Source: Ranitomeya imitator (Eukaryota). Taken from it: a stretch of 64,000 nucleotides of DNA. The stretch is taken from the NCBI RefSeq assembly GCF_032444005.1, contig NC_091285.1, positions 10,540,001 through 10,604,000 of the forward strand, in the 5' to 3' direction. The notes under the pieces are model-generated. The model saw only the letters and a list, made by a program, of their open reading frames with translations, made no database searches and had not been told where the DNA came from. A program made the translations under genes and the position numbers. Positions 60,382 through 64,000 of this stretch are shown here, piece by piece (positions within the stretch are counted from its first letter, which is position 1; each line of letters opens with the position of its first letter).

Positions 60382-61219
60382 AGGTACCGTCACACTAAGC
60401 GACACCGACAACGATGTCGATCGCTGCAGCGTCGCTGTGTGGTCGCTGGAGAGCTGTCACACAGACAGCTCTCCAGTGACCAACGATCCTGAAGTCCCCG
60501 GGTAACCAGGCTAAACATCGGGTTACTAAGCGCAGGGCCGCGCTAAAATTACCGTCACACTAAGCGACGCTGCAGCGATACCGACAACGATGTCGATCGC
60601 TGCAGCGTCGCTGTTTGGTCCCCGGTAACCAGGGTAAACATCGGGTTACTAAGCGCAGGGCCGAGCATAGTAACCCGATATTTACCATGGTTACCAGCGT
60701 AAACGTTAAAAAAACAAACACTACATACTTACCTTCAGCTGTCTGTCCCCAGCGCTCTGCTTTCCTCTGCACTGTCAGCGCCGGTCAGCCGGAAAGCAGA
60801 GCGGTGACGTCACCGCTGTGCTTTCCGGCGCTGACACAGGATGCAGGAGGAGTGCAGAGAAGCAGAGCGCCGGGGACAAACAGCTGAAGGTAAGTATGTA
60901 GTGTTTGCTTTTTTACTTTAACGCTGGTAACCAGGGTAAACATTGGGTTACTAAGCGCGGCCCTGCGCTTAGTAACCCGATGTTTACCCTGGTTACCAGT
61001 GAAGACATCGCTGGATCGGTGTCACACGCCGATTCAGCGATGTCAGCGGGAGATCCAGCGACAAAATAAAGTGCTGGACTTTCCGCAGCGACCAACGATC
61101 TCCCAGCAGGGGCCTGATCGTTGGTCGCTGTCACACATAACGATTTAGTTAACGATATCGTTGCTACGTCACAAAAAGCAACGATATCGTTAACAATATC
61201 GTTATGTGTGAAGGTACCC
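60382..61219. mobile_element. Complete palindromic MITE (PIF/Harbinger/Tourist-like)
   Basis: TTA|AGGTACCGTCACAC...GTGTGAAGGTACCC|TTA: 14-bp imperfect TIRs and a TTA TSD. Internal duplication and multiple hairpins. Confidence 0.85.
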
Positions 61220-61240
61220 TTAAAGCCGCAATGCTCCTCT

Positions 61241-61450
61241 GGGAAATATGGAGATTGTCTCCAGAGAGGAAGAGGACTAGAACTCTAGTGCCACAGTGTC
61301 TGCAAATTGAGATTCTGGTTTGGCTATTATCCTAAGTCATGTGACATGGCTCGTTAAAGGGTCGACATTGACTGTTAGGATTGCTACTTCCAATAGGTGG
61401 CACTAGAGTTCTAGTTCTCTTCCTCTCTGAAGAGACAATTTGCATATTCC
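61241..61450. mobile_element. Small inverted-repeat MITE
   Basis: GGGAAATATG...GAGGACTAGAACTCTAGTGCCAC pairs with GTGGCACTAGAGTTCTAG...CATATTCCC. Confidence 0.7.
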
Positions 61451-61484
61451 CCATAAGGGGGAAACGTCTCCAAAAATGGGGAAA

Positions 61485-62350
61485 CTGCAGGTTGTCAGAG
61501 GATGCGGGGTATATTGGAGGTTGTCAGAGGGTGCGGGGTATACTGGAGGTTGTGGGGTTTAATGGAGGTTGTCAGAGGGTGCGGGGTTTAATGGAGGTTG
61601 TCAGAGGGTGCGGGGTATATTACAGGTTGTCAGAGGGTGCGGGGTATACTGGAGGTTGTCAGAGGATGCGGGGTATATTACAGGTTGTCAGAGGGTGCGG
61701 GGTATACTGGAGGTTGTCAGAGGGTGCGGGGTTTAATGGAGGTTGTCAGAGGGTGCGGGGTTTAATGGAGGTTGTCGGTGCGGGGTATATTACAGGTTGT
61801 CAGAGGGTGCGGGGTATATTGGAGGTTGTCAGAGGGTGCGGGGTATACTGGAGGTTGTCAGAGGATGCGGGGTATATTACAGGTTGTCAGAGGGTGCGGG
61901 GTATACTGGAGGTTGTCAGAGGGTGCGGGGTATACTGGAGGTTGTCAGAGGGTGCGGGGTATACTGGAGGTTGTCAGAGGGTGCGGGGTTTAATGGAGGT
62001 TGTCGGTGCGGGGTATATTACAGGTTGTCAGAGGGTGCGGGGTATATTGGAGGTTGTCAGAGGGTGCGGGGTATATTGGAGGTTGTCAGAGGATGCGGGG
62101 TATATTGGAGGTTATCAGAGGGTGCGGGGTATATTGGAGGTTGTCAGAGGGTGCGGGGTATACTGGAGGTTGTCAGAGGGTGCGGGGTATATTGGAGGTT
62201 GTCAGAGGACGGAGGGCAGACACCAGGTATATTACAGGTTGTCGGAGGGCAGACACCAGGTATATTACAGGTTGCCAGAGGTCGGAGGGCAGACACCAGG
62301 TATATTACAGGTTGTCAGAGGACGAAGGGCAGACACCAGGTAAATACAGG
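61485..62350. repeat. 29-nt G-rich minisatellite (GAGGTTGTCAGAGGGTGCGGGGTATATTG)
   Basis: About 30 units, diverged at the 3' end. Confidence 0.93.
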
Positions 62351-62351
62351 T

Positions 62352-64000
62352 TGTCACGATAATGTGAATATGCCAAGTCTGAGTATCTACCTAGAAGTTC
62401 CATGGCTTTCCAAATACACGCAATGGGCCTTTCTTACATTGCGATTGTATTGTACATATGATATGTCTTCATTACAATATCTTTTTATACTTCTGTAAAC
62501 ACTGCCTACCTTTTTTGGAGTAAAATATATAAAATTACTAGCTTGCCTCTCCTTGCTCTATAAAGTACGGTCACATCGACTGAAGTGAATTGCGCTACTA
62601 ATCTGGGTTGGCTCTGCACCCGTTAATAATTACGAAATCGGAGCTGGTGACAGTGGAATTTGTCATGTGCAATTGGGAGGCTTTGTAGCGACCGGCGGCG
62701 TTGATAATTATTGTTCCCACCTGAGTGGTAGTAGTTATATCGCCCTCGCTGCAGCGTGCCCAATAGCTAATACATAGGCAGCATTACTGGCGACTAAATA
62801 CCCTAGGTGCAGTACCTGGTCTGACCTGAGGTTAAGGGGGTGCCAGAGAGCTGCAGGTTCCAAACTGGAACTGAGAAGTGGGCTATAGATAAATACCCTT
62901 CAGAAATAACAGGGGCAACCAAACAACCTTGGTTCGTGACAAATTGATGTGAGTGGTGGGGATGATAAAGGTATCCTCCCCGTGAACCGTGACATATTGG
63001 TGGCAGAGCGGTGGGATAATAGAGCATTAATAATCTGGTTTGAGCAATCATTCCTCTCACTAAAAACTTGCACAGTTCTTGCGAGGACTTGGCGCAAATA
63101 AGTTTGTAGAACAAGTTCAGTGTTTTAGTCCTGAGACAATTGTGTGTACTTGCGATTACCCCTTCCCTTTCTCTTTGTGTTTCTATCCTATCTTTTATTT
63201 GGCAATGATGGCCGCAAAAGGAGAAGGTGGGTATAAGCAGCTTAACAAGGACACTCTTATTGCCCTTTGCGGGTTGATGCAGATTGACGCCAGGGGCAAA
63301 AACAAAAGCCAACGGGTCGTGGCTCTGGTGCAACGGGAAATCGCTCAGAGCCCAGTGGATGCAGAACCCGGCCCCAGCAAAAATGGGGCTGCAGCAGAGG
63401 TCCAACCACTAAATGCCGGCCCTACTAGCAACCAGGGCGGATTGGACCCCCACCTGCAGGCAGCTTTGGAACAACTCTCCGCCGACGACCATGATGGACG
63501 TCTGCAGCTGATCCAGCATTACCATGAGAAAGCGGAAAAGCAGCCCAAGCTCGTAGGGACCATGAACTGCGGATGGCCCAACTCAGAGCCGTACCATCTA
63601 CCACGCAGAGCAGCGAGTCCCGCAACGCTCAGTTACCCAAACCCAGGCCAGAGCACTTTCCTGTGATGGAAAAGGACGGGGACTTGGACACTTTTCTGAG
63701 GGCCTTTGAGAAAGCCTGCAGCCAGTACCGGCTGCCTGAGAACGAATGGTCCTGATACCTGACATCAGGGCTAAGAGGCAAAGCTCTGGAGGCGTTTACT
63801 GCTCTCTCGCCAGAACAAGATGGTGACTATGAGGCCATCAAGCAGGCCCTGATAGCCAAGTACCAGCTTACACCTGAGGTGTACCGTAGAAAGTTCCGGA
63901 CCCTCCAACGTGGCCCACATGACAGTTACAGTGATGTGGTGCATGGACTGGGGACCCAGTTTGACCAGTGGACCCAAGGACTGTCAGTGACCACCTTTGC
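62352..64000 (+). mobile_element. SCAN-type Gypsy LTR retrotransposon: 5' LTR, PBS and disrupted gag (continues beyond the window)
   Basis: LTR ends CGTGACA at 62994. PBS TGGTGGCAGAGCGGTGGGAT at 62998 is tRNA-Leu-like. gag reads DGDLDTFLRAFEK...W...GKALEAF...DYEAIKQALIAKYQLTPEVYRRKFR with a frameshift and a stop. LTR start is approximate. Confidence 0.85.

Overview
Eukaryotic, repeat-rich vertebrate DNA, most likely a frog. The taxon is inferred from recalled anuran repeat families, not from a search. The window holds a conserved syntenic block that I assembled exon by exon with canonical GT-AG junctions and consistent phases: TEX52 (-, partial), FOXM1 (-, 8 coding exons, 803 aa), RHNO1 (+, 243 aa, head-to-head with FOXM1 on a shared CHR/CCAAT/ZNF143 promoter) and a tubby-family gene, TULP3 by synteny (+, 11 exons, 519 aa). 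Nearly every larger intron is filled by its own minisatellite. The left 22 kb and the intergenic spaces are mobile DNA: a very young, pol-less LTR/ERV-like element (538-bp LTRs identical by eye, 5-bp TSD, tRNA-Arg-type PBS, one 457-aa gag-position ORF), a Penelope-like RT/GIY-YIG element with a hammerhead-ribozyme motif, Tc1 relics, decayed L1, an L2 3' end, SCAN-type Gypsy relics and a solo LTR, and several palindromic MITEs. Most notable are the LTR element, a 15 x 24-nt coding VNTR in FOXM1, a stop-free 3n last intron in TULP3, and oppositely oriented related satellites bracketing the TULP3 promoter. All homology calls come from recalled protein and nucleotide motifs; no database search was run.
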